The notes beneath the pieces were generated by a model that made no database searches, had not been told where the DNA came from, and worked only from the letters and a program-made list of their open reading frames with translations. From NCBI GenBank assembly GCA_016748015.1, contig JAAOMT010000040.1:558001-622000 (forward strand): a stretch of 64,000 bases of DNA, in the 5' to 3' direction. Source of the stretch: Geosiphon pyriformis uo1 (taxonomy: Eukaryota; Fungi; Glomeromycota). Positions 38,388-52,951 of the stretch are shown here, piece after piece; position 1 is the stretch's first letter, and every line of letters starts with the position of its first letter. The position numbers were made by a program, and so were the translations under genes.

Positions 38388-40652
38388 TTTTTTTATTAAA
38401 ATCTCTTCACTTCTCTCCTTCCCATAATTACAGCAAAAAATCATAAATGTTTTTTTTTGTTTAAAATCTAAAACACATCAAAAAAATCCAAATTTTTGTA
38501 ATAATAAAATTTTATATATTCTAAGATTATTATTATTATTGACATTAAAATTTGATATAATGATAATTTTATGATTATTAAAAATGATTCCTTTCATATT
38601 TTATGTATACCAATGACTAAAATTTTTAGAAAATCTGTTTTGCAAGATCATTTCACAGGACAATTTTCGGACTTTACTTATGAACTTATTTCTTTTTTTT
38701 TGTATATTAAATTAAATATTAAAAATTTTTTGACGATCAATCTTTTTATCAATATCATCACAACTATTTCCCCATAAGTAAAATATTGGTATTTCTCCAT
38801 AAATACCCTAATGTTTTAACTAGAATTTCTAGAGGGTTACAAGAGTAGAAACTTCTTAAATTGGGCAGTAAATAGGTTTAAAAAAAATGGAAATCAAAAA
38901 TTACAAAAATTACTCTCTTTAGAGGTGAAATCTGGGGTAAAAACGAATTGAGTTTTTTATTAAAATTGACCAAAAAAGAATTAAAATTGATCAAAACGAA
39001 TTGATTTTCCCATTAAAATTGATCAAAAAATGATTTTAAAAGGTTAAATTTTTTTGGCATATAATTTTCATTTTCTCTCTCAATCACAGATAACCAAATT
39101 CATTTGTTTTTAATGTCTGATTAAAATCCCAACAGGTTACCAGATGAAAGGACTGGCAATCAAGTCGAAAGATGAATTAAAATGTTTTTAGATGATGAAA
39201 ATCGAGTTATCTTTACCCGGTAAATCATCATATAACTCGATTCCCGTTTAGCTGGTGACACGGTAGGAGAATCCAGATGACAAATAGAATTTCTATTCAC
39301 TCACCACAATCAAAAGTTTATATTTAAAAATGGTTATTGATTTTCGGCTTCAAAACAAAAAGGATAAATTTTTGGCAAAGATCGATTGATATTCCCTGGC
39401 AGATGTACTATATTCTAGAAAGAAACAAAACAATAAATAGCAATAAAAGAATTTAAAAAATACAAATAAGCCGATTTACTAAAAAAAATCTAGTCTATTT
39501 AGTTTAGATTGGCTAAACTAAGGAGTTGGGACAAGTTTCCTTGGATTAAAAAAGATGAATAATCCTGGAAGGGTAATGTGATGAGTAGACGGTATGAAGA
39601 TAAAGAGCGATCAAAAAAACTATTTTATTCCATTTTGTGATCCCAAATTTCACACCCCTCATTAAATAAGTGAGTGAAAGTGAGTAAGTAAGTAAGTAAA
39701 GTAAGTAAGTAAGTATGTATGTATGTAAGTAAGTATTTAAATAAATAAGCAAAAAAAAAAGCAAATAAAAGGATTTCATTTCTCTAAACTGATGGTTTTT
39801 ATTTGGTGTCTGCTAATCGCGAGATTTCAATATATGAATGAATGAATGAATGAATGGAATAAATCCAATCAATCAATCAAAGAGAAAAAAAAACATCATC
39901 CCCATAATGGCATGTTTGGTATGACGAAATGATGTGATCACTAACACACTACTTAATTATGTTAATCATGTGATTAGTGACGTCAGGAAATTATCCGACG
40001 CGCCGAAATTCTTTTCATTTTTGTAATGGTGTGACAAGAAGTCAGATGTTACCTAAAATTCATAGAATGATACACGCCAACAATCATCAATCCGGTACCT
40101 GAAAACCTGTTTTAAAATTATAGTTGATGATAAAATATAAAAAAATTTTTAAGAAAAATTTCGAGAGTGGGAAAGAAGGTTAAAAATAAATTTTATTTTA
40201 TTTTAATTATTACTACAATATAATTATTTTTACAATGTCTAGCTCCGGAATTTGAATCACTTTATGTTACTAATGTTTTCAAAGGTTTTTTTTTAATCGT
40301 TGTTTGTTTACATACGCCAAAAAATTATTTTATTCTCATAAAATTTGTTTATTTTTCCTCCTCTTTAAAAAAAATTTTTTTTTAGGGAATTCCATAATTC
40401 TGTGAACAATTATCCTTTAAAGAATTATCTTGAAAGTGTTTGTTTGTATTTTGGTTCTTTCTTTCTTTCTTTCAACTTTTGCCTCTTTTTTAATGATAAG
40501 TTTATTATTATTCGAAAGTAAACAAATTTCATAATATCATGTAACAAATTTATCACTTGCTTTTTATGCTGAATAAAAAATTTTTTATTCTTTTTGTTAC
40601 GCGAATCGATAAAACCTTAAAAACCTTTCAAAGTTCGCACGGTTTTTTTTTC

Positions 40653-40820
<168 letters not shown>

Positions 40821-41818
40821 TCTAAATTATCACCAAGAAATTTGTACATTTTTGCTTACAAAGAAAGATTTAGATTATAGCTCATGCTTTTCCGTGAATA
40901 TCATCGATCAAGTTTGAATAAATTTTTGCTGATGTTTCAGGTTTTGAACTGGAAAATTCTTGGTGATGCAATGTTTGTATTGTTAAATGAGAAAAAGGAG
41001 AAAATGAGGGGAAAGAACATATTTCATCGGCCCCGAGTAATTCCCAGAAAGCATATATGAGTTTTTAAGGTTTTATGAGAAGATTAAAATAGCCGAGATT
41101 ACTTTTTTAATTGTGTTTTTTAACAAGATTCCCAGACCTTTTTCAACAACAACGACAACAACAACAACAACAACATCTTTGTCGTCGTCTTCATCGTCGT
41201 AATCATAATTATCATCATCATCATCGAGACGGAAATCTATGAAAAACGCGATCAAATCAACGGATTATACAATTATATTGATTTGTCATGAAAGACCAAT
41301 ATTTACATTTCAAGTTAAAATGACTAGAAATTTTATTCTCACATAATCTATCTTTTTTTTTTAAATAAAAAAATTGATTTCTAGACCAAAGAACTTTAAA
41401 CTTTAAAATAGAAAGTTGAATTACGAAACAAAGATCCAAGGAAAAACATTTTTTATTTAGATTAACTCATTGAACTGATATAGATTATTTAATCATCAAT
41501 CATCAATTATCAATTATCAATGATTAGGAGTAAATCAAAATATGTTTGTCATTAAGTCAATTTATTGAATTATTTTTACCTTAAATTAGGCTAAGCTTTT
41601 TTAAACATGATTTTTTATTTTATTTTATTTTATTTTCAATTCTCACCTGTGACCTTTTTGTACAACCTTATTACGCCAATAAAAATTTTTTTCCAAGCAC
41701 AAAAATTCCATATTGTTTTGAAATTTTTCTGTCAAAAGAACAAAGAATTTTAGAAGATTTAAAAAGGGTTAAATGAAAATAAAGTTTATTGAAAACTCGT
41801 CAAATTATTATATTATTA

Positions 41819-41863
<45 letters not shown>

Positions 41864-43014
41864 TATTATTCATTATTTGGTCGATTAATTGTTTATATAT
41901 ATAATAGTTAAAAATTGATTGTGCTTTGTTTAATATTATTAATTCGTGTCAAATTTTTTTTGATTGTTATGCATTGTATGAATGTATCAATTATATTTTT
42001 ACTTTATTATCATAATTATTTTTTCTTGCACGCATTTTTTTACGCGGTAAAATATGAGCCCGAGAAAAAGTGATTAACAAGAAATGGTTCAGGGGGATAA
42101 GTCATACCATTTTATTTTATTTTATTTTCTTTTCTTTATACAAAATATTTTTCATCTTCTCAAAATGAAGATTTTTTTTCCGAAAAGTATCAATTGCTTA
42201 CATTAAGAAATTTTCATGATAGAAAATAAGTAAAATAACAAGTAAAATTACAACAGAAACAACAACAACAACAACAACAACAATAACAACAAACACAACA
42301 ACAACAACAATAACAACAACAATAATAATAATAATAATAAATTATTTAAAAACAAGGAACGTTTTATCCCAAAAACATAAATGTAGTATCACTCATTTAT
42401 TAATATTCTGTATTTTCGTAATTTAGATTTCGAGCAATTTTTTCTCACTTAATTACCTAATATTTTTGATAAGGAAAATAATTTACTTTTATAACCTTCC
42501 CCTTCTTCCCCTTCTCCTTCCCATTCTCTTTCACCTTCTTCCCCTTCACCTTCTCCGTTCCCCCTTCACCTTCACCTTCACCTTCTTCCCCTTCACCTTC
42601 TCCTTTCCCCCTTCTTTCCCCTTTCTTCTAAATTAGTCCTCAAACAATCAGCCTACTCATTCTTTTTAAAAGTTGATCAACTTTTTATCGTACCTATCCG
42701 AGAAGTTTCTTATAGAATTTTATAAAAATGGGCTAATTTTTGTTTATATATTTTTTGAAATTAAAAAATAGTCGTTTTTATTCTTGTGGTATGATGTGAT
42801 ACATGTATAATGTATCCAATATATAAAAAAATATTCAACTTCTGCTCTAATTGAAATTTGAATTTGAATTTGAATTTTGATTCTTTTTTTTTTCTTGATT
42901 TTTAGAATTTAAAATTTTCTTCTTTATAGTTATTAAAAAAAACCGTTGTAACACGCGTACACACTAAACTAGCTACATACTTTTATAGGCCACAATGTGA
43001 TGATAATGATAATA

Positions 43015-43052
<38 letters not shown>

Positions 43053-44116
43053 AGTGATGATGATGATAATGATAATAAATATTACAATGCAAAAACTACA
43101 TGTCCCGAAAATTTTTTTTTGTAAAAAATTTAAATTACTAATCTATAATTGAATTCATTCTCTCTCTTTTTTCCCTTTATTTATTCCCGATTATTTTGAT
43201 AAACTTTTATCCGAAAAATTACAAAATGATATTAAAATTGTAACGCTGTTGAGCAATCAAATTTTAAATTTTAAATCATACTTTTAATGTCTCATAATTT
43301 TTGTGAAAATTGGCATGGAAAAACGCGGGAATACCATGACATATTAATTGTACTGTAACATGGTGTTTTTGTTGATATAAACCGCATGATTTGCGTGCGG
43401 CAATAACCTCAATTTGTTCAACAAACAAAAATTTTAATGATCGACTTGGCTTTCCTTACATGAAAAAACAAACAAGAATTACTGTTACTAGAAACTTTGC
43501 ATATTGGCACGATGTTGGCGGGCGATGATTTTGGCGTGGTGCCATTCTCAATTTCCATTTGTATGATTTATGTCCTCCGTTTTTTTTTTAACTTTTATGG
43601 TAACTGATTACTGCATGGTTTCCTCCTTATGGCTTAAACTTTAATTTATTTGGCCGGTGATCTTCTGTTTATAAATCAAATTCAGTAAAAAGACTAACCT
43701 TTAATGGTATAGTTAATGTAGATTCTAATTCTCTTTCGATAATAATTAGTTTTTATTGCTCGTCACGTTCCAAGTCGTTCGTTATGTTTCTTTTTAATTT
43801 TAGATTTTCTTTGCGTCTGTGTATTACAAAAAATCAAAAAAGCAAATGAAGTTCTTTAAAAAGAACGAAATTTTTTGAATACCAGTTTCACCTTTCATGC
43901 TTAAATGAAATGAAATTTTTAAAAATTGGAATATGTAATCACAGTCTAGATTTTAAAAAAATCAACAAAAAATGTATTTTCATTAAATTTTGTTACTAGA
44001 TTCATTTATTTAATTTTAATATAAAAGTTATTCTAAAAAAATTTACTAAATAATATGTATTGTTAAAATTATTTAAAATAAGTTTAATAAATACATATAC
44101 CAAATTATTGTTTTTA

Positions 44117-44209
<93 letters not shown>

Positions 44210-44413
44210 TTAAATTATTTGCCAAATTTTTATAAAAATAAAATATTATTTTAATTAAAAGTTTGGATTTTATTAAACATTGAAATTTTTTTACTTTTAT
44301 ATTATTAATTTTTTAAAAATACTTTGATAAAAACATTAAAATAAATCAAAAAAATGAAATACATATACTTAAATTAAATTATAATGAAATAAAGTTTTAT
44401 TGATCAAAATACT

Positions 44414-44634
44414 TGAGGTAAAAAAAAAGAGGGGTATTTTGGCAAAGTTAATAATTTGTAATAGGTTTTGATAAAAGATTTTAAAAAAATGGAATTCATT
44501 CAAGTAAGAAAATGATGTCTTATTATTCTTGCACGCGAAATTTATTTTTGCTGCATTTTATCACAATACACTATTTCCCACAATACTTTATTCGCAACAA
44601 TACCGTAATTCATCAAATACCCCTTTTTACCTTA
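44414..44634. mobile_element. Putative MITE (~220 bp)
   Basis: Terminal inverted repeats AGGTAAAAA..GGGGTATTT and AAATACCCCTTTTTACCT. The left half is homologous to 36058-36172 (GGCAAAGT(C/T)AATAATTTGTAAT...ATTCAAGT(G/A)AGAAAAT). Confidence 0.6.
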
Positions 44635-45127
44635 TAATTTATAGTGTTTTTTAAAAAAAAATTTGGGATATTTTAATAACATAAATAAATCAAATTTTAC
44701 AATTTTATATTAATAATTTTATTTTTAAAATTCGAAAATTATAATATCAATTGCGTATTTTAATAAATCATGAAAATAATCATTAATCAATTTATTAATC
44801 AATTTATTTATCATTTTCTTTACAATTTTATGATATATTTTTATGATATATTTTATGATATATTTTATGATATACAATTTAATAAAATCTTTGTGTTATC
44901 TTTTATCATTTGTGAAATCAAAAAAAAATTATTTATAAAGTTTATTTTAATTCTTATACATAATTTAAACAAAATAAAAAAAAATTTTTTTTTTATATTT
45001 TAGATAATATTTAAATCGAAATCAAATATATTAAAATGCTATTTTTTTTTTCAAGTATTTTATTTAAAAATCTATATAGTAATTATGATTATATTTTTAC
45101 GCAAAATTTTTGTAATCATCATCATCA

Positions 45128-45188
<61 letters not shown>

Positions 45189-46009
45189 GCTAAAGTCCTT
45201 CCGTAAATTATTATTTTCCAAAAAAAAAATAAAAAAATCTTAATCGATATTTGTACCAATTTTTTATATAAATTTATTATTAAAATCATAAATATTAATA
45301 ATATAAAGAATTCTCATTACAAAAAATTCATTTAAAAAATCCCATTTTTATTAATTTCTTTTATCAAAATATATATACTTTTTTTTTTATACCCATTATT
45401 TTATCCTGAATTTTCTTTTAATCAAATGTGATTTGTAGCGTTTTATTTATTATTTATTTATTTATTTATTGTTTATTATTATTTATTTATTTTTTATTAT
45501 TTATTATTGTTTACCTACCCAAAAAAAAAAAGGGCTATCATTTCCAATCCGGTGACAAAGTCTAGTGGTGATAATCCCGGGCATTTCTGGTTACAAACAA
45601 TTCTTAAAAAGGCAATGAATTGTTGTTTGATTTTCCAATGTGTGCAATCGAGAATGTGCAAAGCTGAGTGTACGAACATCCATTCAAATTTTTTTTTTTT
45701 TTTTTAGAGAATGTCAGATAAAGTAAAGCAGGTATACTTTATTCGTCCCACTTAAACTAAATGATAATATTTATTCTTTTAATTTTAATTTTTTTGTAAT
45801 AACTTTTTTTATCTGCTGCTGTAGTGTTCAATGTACAATTTAATACTTGAAAACAAATAAATTTCAAATTAATAAACTTTATTAATATATTATGCATAAA
45901 CGGAACGAAAATATTAGTAAACTTTTTATCTGTACTAGTAGCATGGACGATAAAATATATATATATATATATATATATTTCCAGAATACATCCCTAAACA
46001 TCAAAAAAC

Positions 46010-46056
<47 letters not shown>

Positions 46057-46909
46057 CCATCATCACCATCATCATAATCATCGTTTATCATCTTTTTTTC
46101 TATTTGATTTTTGGGGCTAAAATCCCACAAACGCTACCATCACTACTCCGTCACTGAGACTATTATCAAACTTATCATTGACCACTAGTTGTTGTCTCGT
46201 TGGTGTCAAACCATTTTTTCTCTTTAGGATAAAGTTTTGTTTCTCTTCTTCCTAACATTATTTTTTTTCTCTTAATGCAGCTCTTGCTAATGAAACCTTA
46301 TTAGAACTTCAACACAAAGATCAAAATTTTCAACACCATAAACGAAAATACTTCTTCCCTTTCTCGTCCCTCAATCAATTTTCATTCTTGCATCTCGCCT
46401 GAATAAGAAAATAACAATTAAACTTTTTTCATTTTAATATTACTGGCAGTCTAAAACAATCACTTTATCTTTTTGAAAATTGTTACAATAGAAGAGGATT
46501 AGAAACTTACTTTCGTTGCAACTAAATAATATTTCAAGTTTTCTTTAACTTGTATATGTCACAGCGCTAAAAAAAATCGTTAGTTCTCTTCAACAACAAC
46601 AAAAAGTCAAACCAAACTTCCTACTTATAAATCACTCGTCAATAGAATAAATACCTTGAATCATCTTTTAAAAATTATTACCTATCTAAAAAAAATTTTC
46701 CCACTTCTCTATTCGAGAAGTAGTAGTAGTAATAGTAATAGTGGTAGTAGTAGTAGTAGTAGTAGTAATAGTAGTAGTAGTAATAGTAGTAGTGGTAGTA
46801 GTAGTAGTAGTAGTAGTGTAGTATTAGTAATAGTGTCATAGAGACTGGAATATTTTGGAAATTTCTAATTCAGAAAATAGTTTGGATTCCAATCCACTCA
46901 CTCTTGTCC

Positions 46910-49156
46910 ATGGCTTCAGTACCAACCTTGCCTCCAATAAGTTCTTTTCCTTATGAGAATATTTTACCACCACTCTACTCGACCACAAGCAATAAAAAAT
47001 TACCTTCAAAATCTCTTCATTATCAAAATGAACGAAATCTGCGAAATTCTCAATATTCTTCGTCAACAACTCAATCCAGTTTTTCTTCTATAAATTCTCA
47101 AATAAAACAACAATCAACATCTCCTGGCTCATACACTTCCCTTCTTTCCTCCTCCTCTTCCTCCTCCTCCTCCGCCTCACCACTTTTGAAAAATTTAAAT
47201 GTGGACTTCATTCAAGAACAGCCTAGTCTACCCCCGCATACATCTTACCAGTCATCACCAAACTTGCGAATGAGATCCCCTCCAAATCATTTCTCACAGC
47301 CTTCATTAAGGTCCCCTTATTCTCCTTCCTCCTCATTCTCCCAATATCAATCACCTGTCCTCTCATTACCACCAACACCATCACCAACACCAACTGCACT
47401 TGTTCATCCAACTTCCTTTCGTCTGCCACCATTATCCCCACCGCAGACCGAACAACAATTGCCCTACATTTTTTCACCCCGAATTCCTCCCGCTAATTCT
47501 AACTTTTTGATTCAACCGATTCAACAACCATCTGCATCAAATCTATTATCTGAACAAACATCATCTCCAACTGTGTCTTTGGAAAATTCGTTTAATCAGC
47601 CAGAATTAACAACATCCCCTCGGCATTCTTTTCAAGATTCAAGGAGTCATTCAACCCAACCTATCATAGCTGAACCATTTGTCACTGTCACCCCAGAATT
47701 AAATAATAGACCACCAAGACGAAGACGTCGTCCTCCTTTTTCCTATTCGACCCTTATCGCTCGAGCTATTCTTGATTCCCCAGAACGTCGGTTAACACTG
47801 CGTGAAGTCTATCAATGGATTATGGAAAATTTTCCACAATTATACAAGCCCGATGATACCGGTTGGCAGGTTCGTGCAACTGTTAAAATCTTACAAAAAA
47901 TCCTTTTTCATGAGTAATAAAAGCATGTCATTCCTTTTTTACGAAAAAAGTCTGCCACTGCGTTTATAAATTTGGAAAATATTTTCTACTACTGTGACAA
48001 TACAGCTAATCCAGTTCCACTTGATTCCTATTTCTAGAATACGATTCGTCACAATTTGTCTTTGAACAAGTGTTTCAAAAAGGTGCCACGTTCCGATGCT
48101 GATTTGGGTCATTCTTCAACCTCATCATCTACCGTCAACAAGGGCAAAGGTGGATATTGGACTATCGATCCTGAATATATGTCCTCATATCACAATGGCG
48201 TATTCGCTAGAGGTGGTGTACAAAAACGAAGACCAGGTGAAGGTCACTCATCGACACATGTTGCTCCCAATGGAGGGGAAGATGATTGTTGTGGGAACGA
48301 TTCTTATCATGGAGATAGTATGGCTGGTAGGCTTGTGAAAGTAGAAGATATTGACGGTGAAATTGTTGGAAATCATCAAAATCATCACCAACAAACGGGT
48401 CGATACGAGAATATTCGAACCGAGGATCGAATATTTTCTACATCTTCTCGCTCAACTGCATTAAGCTCCTCAACATTATCCCAAGGAAAAAAGAACCGAT
48501 TTCCCAAAAGACAATCTGAATTCGGGAACCCTGATGATACCACTACCGTTGGAGTTACTAATATCAACTCACAATTTCTGGATAATGCAGGCAGCGGCCA
48601 GTATGTGTTTCATATCACAAATCCCTCCGATATAAATACTCCTTTACGTTCAATACAAGAACATAGAAACAGAGATCCAGCCTCGACACTAAATATATAC
48701 AATGAAGGCGTCGTAAATATTAATATGCCTGAATGGAAGACAAGTAATCGTACTTTAAGCTCGAAAAGATCATATGTGGATGATAATTCAAATTTTAATC
48801 AATCACAGTCAAACCGAATAAACTCACAGTCAACCTCAATATCTTCTCAACCAAATCGAGCAAATAAACGAAGAAAAAATGAGGAGAAAAATTTAAATCA
48901 AGCTTTGAATAATAGGAAACAATCAATTCCGTATATTTCTCCAAATTATTCTCCACAATATTATCAACAGCTACCACAACATGCACAAAAACCCTATCAA
49001 CAGGATTACAATGCGTCAACGATTCCTTCATTAAAATCTTCGACACCAGGGTCACATTATTTACCACAGGATCATCGATCAGCATCTCAACCATCCACAT
49101 CTTCTCAACAAATACCACTAAATGCTTCGATAAAGATTCGTGATTTGTTAAATTAA
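46910..49156 (+). CDS. Forkhead-box transcription factor (no FHA domain seen), 2 exons: 46910-47869 and 48038-49156, ~692 aa
   Basis: '[36 protein letters not shown]...GWQ|[18 protein letters not shown]...[10 protein letters not shown]'. A phase-0 168-nt intron (GTTCGT...GCTAAT...TTCTAG) joins GWQ to NTIRHNLS in frame. Ser/Pro-rich N-terminus. Additional upstream exons cannot be excluded. Confidence 0.95.
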
Positions 49157-51154
49157 GCTTTGAGAACGACTTGCATATGCGATTTTATATACCTGATTTA
49201 TGAGGTCCCTTGCCATTTTGTTTTTTTTTCTCTTGAAAATTGATATTCCTTCTCCATTTTCAGGGGATGGTTATTTCATATATAAGACACAGCAATCATG
49301 GATCACCAAAATCGTTTGTTAATTAATATAAATACACCGATAAAACCATTATTTTTGCTTTCTGGAAATTTTCCCAACAAATATTAAAAAAAAAATTCTG
49401 TACGATTTTCATTGTAAATAGCAATTCTGTATGTATGCATCCCTACTTTTCTCACCCATTTTCTCCGATGTTTACATTAGAGATTCTGGGTGTGATTATT
49501 AAATCTTTCTCGCCTAATATTTTTTCAGTGTGAAGCGAAATCCCAGCATCTTTTTCTCAGATAAAACTCTGTTGCATTTAAACATCGTTCAGCTTTATAT
49601 TCTGTACAGTAGTATGGTCTTTGAAGCTCCACACAAATATTTGTAAAAACTTTTGTCGAGTTGGTTAAAAAGAAACTTGCGGTACACAGAAGAAAAAAAT
49701 CCAAAATCCTAAATAAATTCACTTCGAATTCGTTTCTTTCTGAATACTTCTTTATTTTAATGATCAAGCAAAAAATCAAAAATTCTACAGTAAAATTTTG
49801 GGAATATGTTTACTAAAACGATCCGGATACTAAATTCTGAATTTCATACTTCACAATCATCTTTGGTTTTATGATCAACGAATGCAACCACTTCCAGAAT
49901 TGAATGACAATTCGTCAACCATTTTGGTATGCGAAAAGGTTGCTGATCCGATATTATGCACAGGTTGCTTACCCGATTAATTGAAAAATTTTTTTTTTTA
50001 ACAAACAAACAATCCGGCACTCTCACGCAGCCGTGTGTTTGCATCATGAACCAAGATTTGGGTAGAAGAGCCCTTTTTATCGTTAACTTTTCGTCAAAAG
50101 TTGTCGAAGATCAAGATTATGTAATGACAAGATTCTGGTTTTTTTTGACTTGGATAACGCAGTTAATGTTTAAATATGTTGGGTAAAAAAAATTCTGAAA
50201 GTCGAAAAAACATATTTTCAATGTAAAATTTGTTTTCCCATTAGATGAAATATCATTCGAGAAAAAAGATTGAATTTATTTTAGTAATCATAAAAGTTTT
50301 AAAAAACCCGACATTTTCAAAAGCTCACGTAAAAAAAAATCACTTGATCTTATCTGAAAACCGTGATTTTATTGATAATCTAATGAATGTGTGTTTAGCT
50401 AATAATACACAAATTTTTATCAAATAAATTAAAGTTTATAAGAATTTAAAATAAATTTGTGTTAAATTAACTTATTTTCTGATCTAAATGAGAATTTGTA
50501 CATTTATATTAATCGCAAGAGGTCTAAAAATTTTCGTATAACCATCACAAATTCTTATTGCGACATGATCCTAAAACTTTAAAGGGTTAAAAACTGGTGA
50601 TAGAAAATCAATCACCAGTTTTTTTTTATTACCACTTTTTATTTTTATTTTTATTTTTCTACTTTATTTATTTATTTATTGTTCACTGCCTTTTTTGTCA
50701 TTTTAGGAATCTCCGTATTTATGATTTTCTTTTAAAAAAAATTTAGTTATTGTAAATCCCTAAGTTTGTCATTTATGTGTGTGTAATAAGAATAATAACC
50801 ACACAATTTATGTCATTTCAAATTCCTTTTAAATTCATTGATTAAGCCTGCTTTTTTTTTTATTTTTTTTATTTTTATTCCACAAAGATTGTAAATTACC
50901 TAAACAAGTCTTTGTTCACAAAAATACTGTTTGTCAAACTTGGACGGTATTAACAAGAAACCGCGGCAAGAAAGGAGCACGTATGTGAGGTTCTTTGTTG
51001 TTGATAATTAAAATAAGAAAATTGTGTAAATCTAAATAATTTTTGTGTAGGTATTATTTTTATCAAGATTAAACTTCTTTTTTTTTTTTTTTTCAATCTT
51101 GCTATATTCAAAACCATAATGTTTTGACAGGATCCAAATAATATATTTTATTAC

Positions 51155-51199
<45 letters not shown>

Positions 51200-52892
51200 A
51201 AGGTTAGATTTTGAAATACGGTGTTCATGAATCTGAGAACAGCTACGATTTATAAAAAATCTTTTTTTGAGAATAGTTAGATTAAAATAAAAATGGACCT
51301 TTTACACATTAATAGGTTTTTTGAATTATAAAAGTAATTATTTTAAAACTCAAATCTTTTGTAAGAAGTAATTGGTTGTAAAAAGAAAAGGGGAAACTCA
51401 TCAAAAAGTTTTTCCCTTCTTCATTTACACTATCAAAAAACTTTTTTCATCTATTTAGTAAAAAACGTTATTTACCTCAAAAAATTATGGAAACCATATT
51501 TATATTTTGATGACCATTTCCCCTTCTTTTTTTTAATAGTTTCAAAACAATTAGCTGGCTGAATGACCGTGTACTAAAATTATTTTTATCATTTTCAATC
51601 TGCCTAAAAATCAAAAAAGTTATTTTAGGTTATATTATTCTAAAATCAGAATTAGAAATTAGAATTTGATTATAATTCAATAAATGGTGTTCCCCCAATC
51701 ATCCGAACTTGGGCATTATTTACTAAATACTAACCGAATAGGTCATACTTCAATTTGTATATTTTTGTTCATTACTATTCTTTCAAAAAGTATTGTATCA
51801 AAGGAATGTTTAATATTCTTCAGGGTCCTAATTTTAAATTGTTCAGTTTATTTTCTTGCTATTTATTGACATTTTGAATTAATTATTTCAGCACTAACAT
51901 TCCTCTTCCCACCAAATATTAAAAATTTCCGGAAATTTTTTAATATATTGTAAAAGCTTGGGAACCGATCCCAAGTCCCTTAGACTCGAATTGGTATTTC
52001 AAATATGGTATATTTGTTTTTGGAAGGTGTGTCCCGACTGTGTTGTTGCCTATTTGTTTGTTTGGTATTAAGTATATTTATTGTTTATTTATTGTTTATT
52101 TATTGTTTGTCTCAGAAAGAAGCCAAAGGGAATGGTTTGTCGCACTTACTAATACCCTTACAAGACTTTTTTTTATTTAATAGGCGAGGGATAATATCTG
52201 ATTTGTTCTTTATCTCTGATCATCGATGACAAGTTTCATGCGAACACATTGAACACCACATGTTAACCACATCTTCTGATCATTCAAAATTAAAAAAAAA
52301 GGTATGCATCGACAACTCTTTTTTTTGTCAAATTATTTAGTCTCGGCTTTGTACAATATTTTTTCATGTCCCAAGTTTATTGATCTGCCTATTGTTTGAT
52401 GTATGACGACATAATGAAGAACAACAATAAACGCCAAAGTGATAATTTTTGGAAGGATTCTTTTTTAAATGTCTTTTTTCTAGAAAATGACAAAATTTCA
52501 TAATGGGGGGTAAGATAGAAACGGAGATGAAAGATGTTCCATTTAAAGCGAGATCTTCAAATAAGTTTCTTAAAATCGTGTGCTCCACTTTTTCTATCTT
52601 TTTGCCTTTCGACGCTTAGAATTTGCAAAGTTGTGCAGTTTTAAAGTGATAATTATCAAAACAGTAATTAAAATTCAAGAAATTTGTGACTGTTTTGCAA
52701 ATTTAAAAAAATTGATGCACACATAAATTTCAATACTAATACACACACATTTTGCCTACATATATTAAAAAAACAAACAAATAGACACTCCTTTTTTTTT
52801 ATTTTTTATTTTTTAATGTTGTCCAGTTTAGATGATCATTTCGCGCCCACGACAGTCAATCCCGCGATGCTACTAATCTATACCTCCCGATA

Positions 52893-52951
<59 letters not shown>

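Noticed and set aside
47223-49118. Antisense and alternate-frame ORFs within the forkhead gene
   Set aside because: Shadow ORFs of a GC-richer coding region.
49525-50186. Possible minus-strand spliced gene
   Set aside because: Some splice-like signals, but no consistent open frame or recognisable domain.
50589-50630. Bacterial intrinsic terminator
   Set aside because: The context is eukaryotic and there is no upstream bacterial-type gene; kept only as an unexplained inverted repeat.
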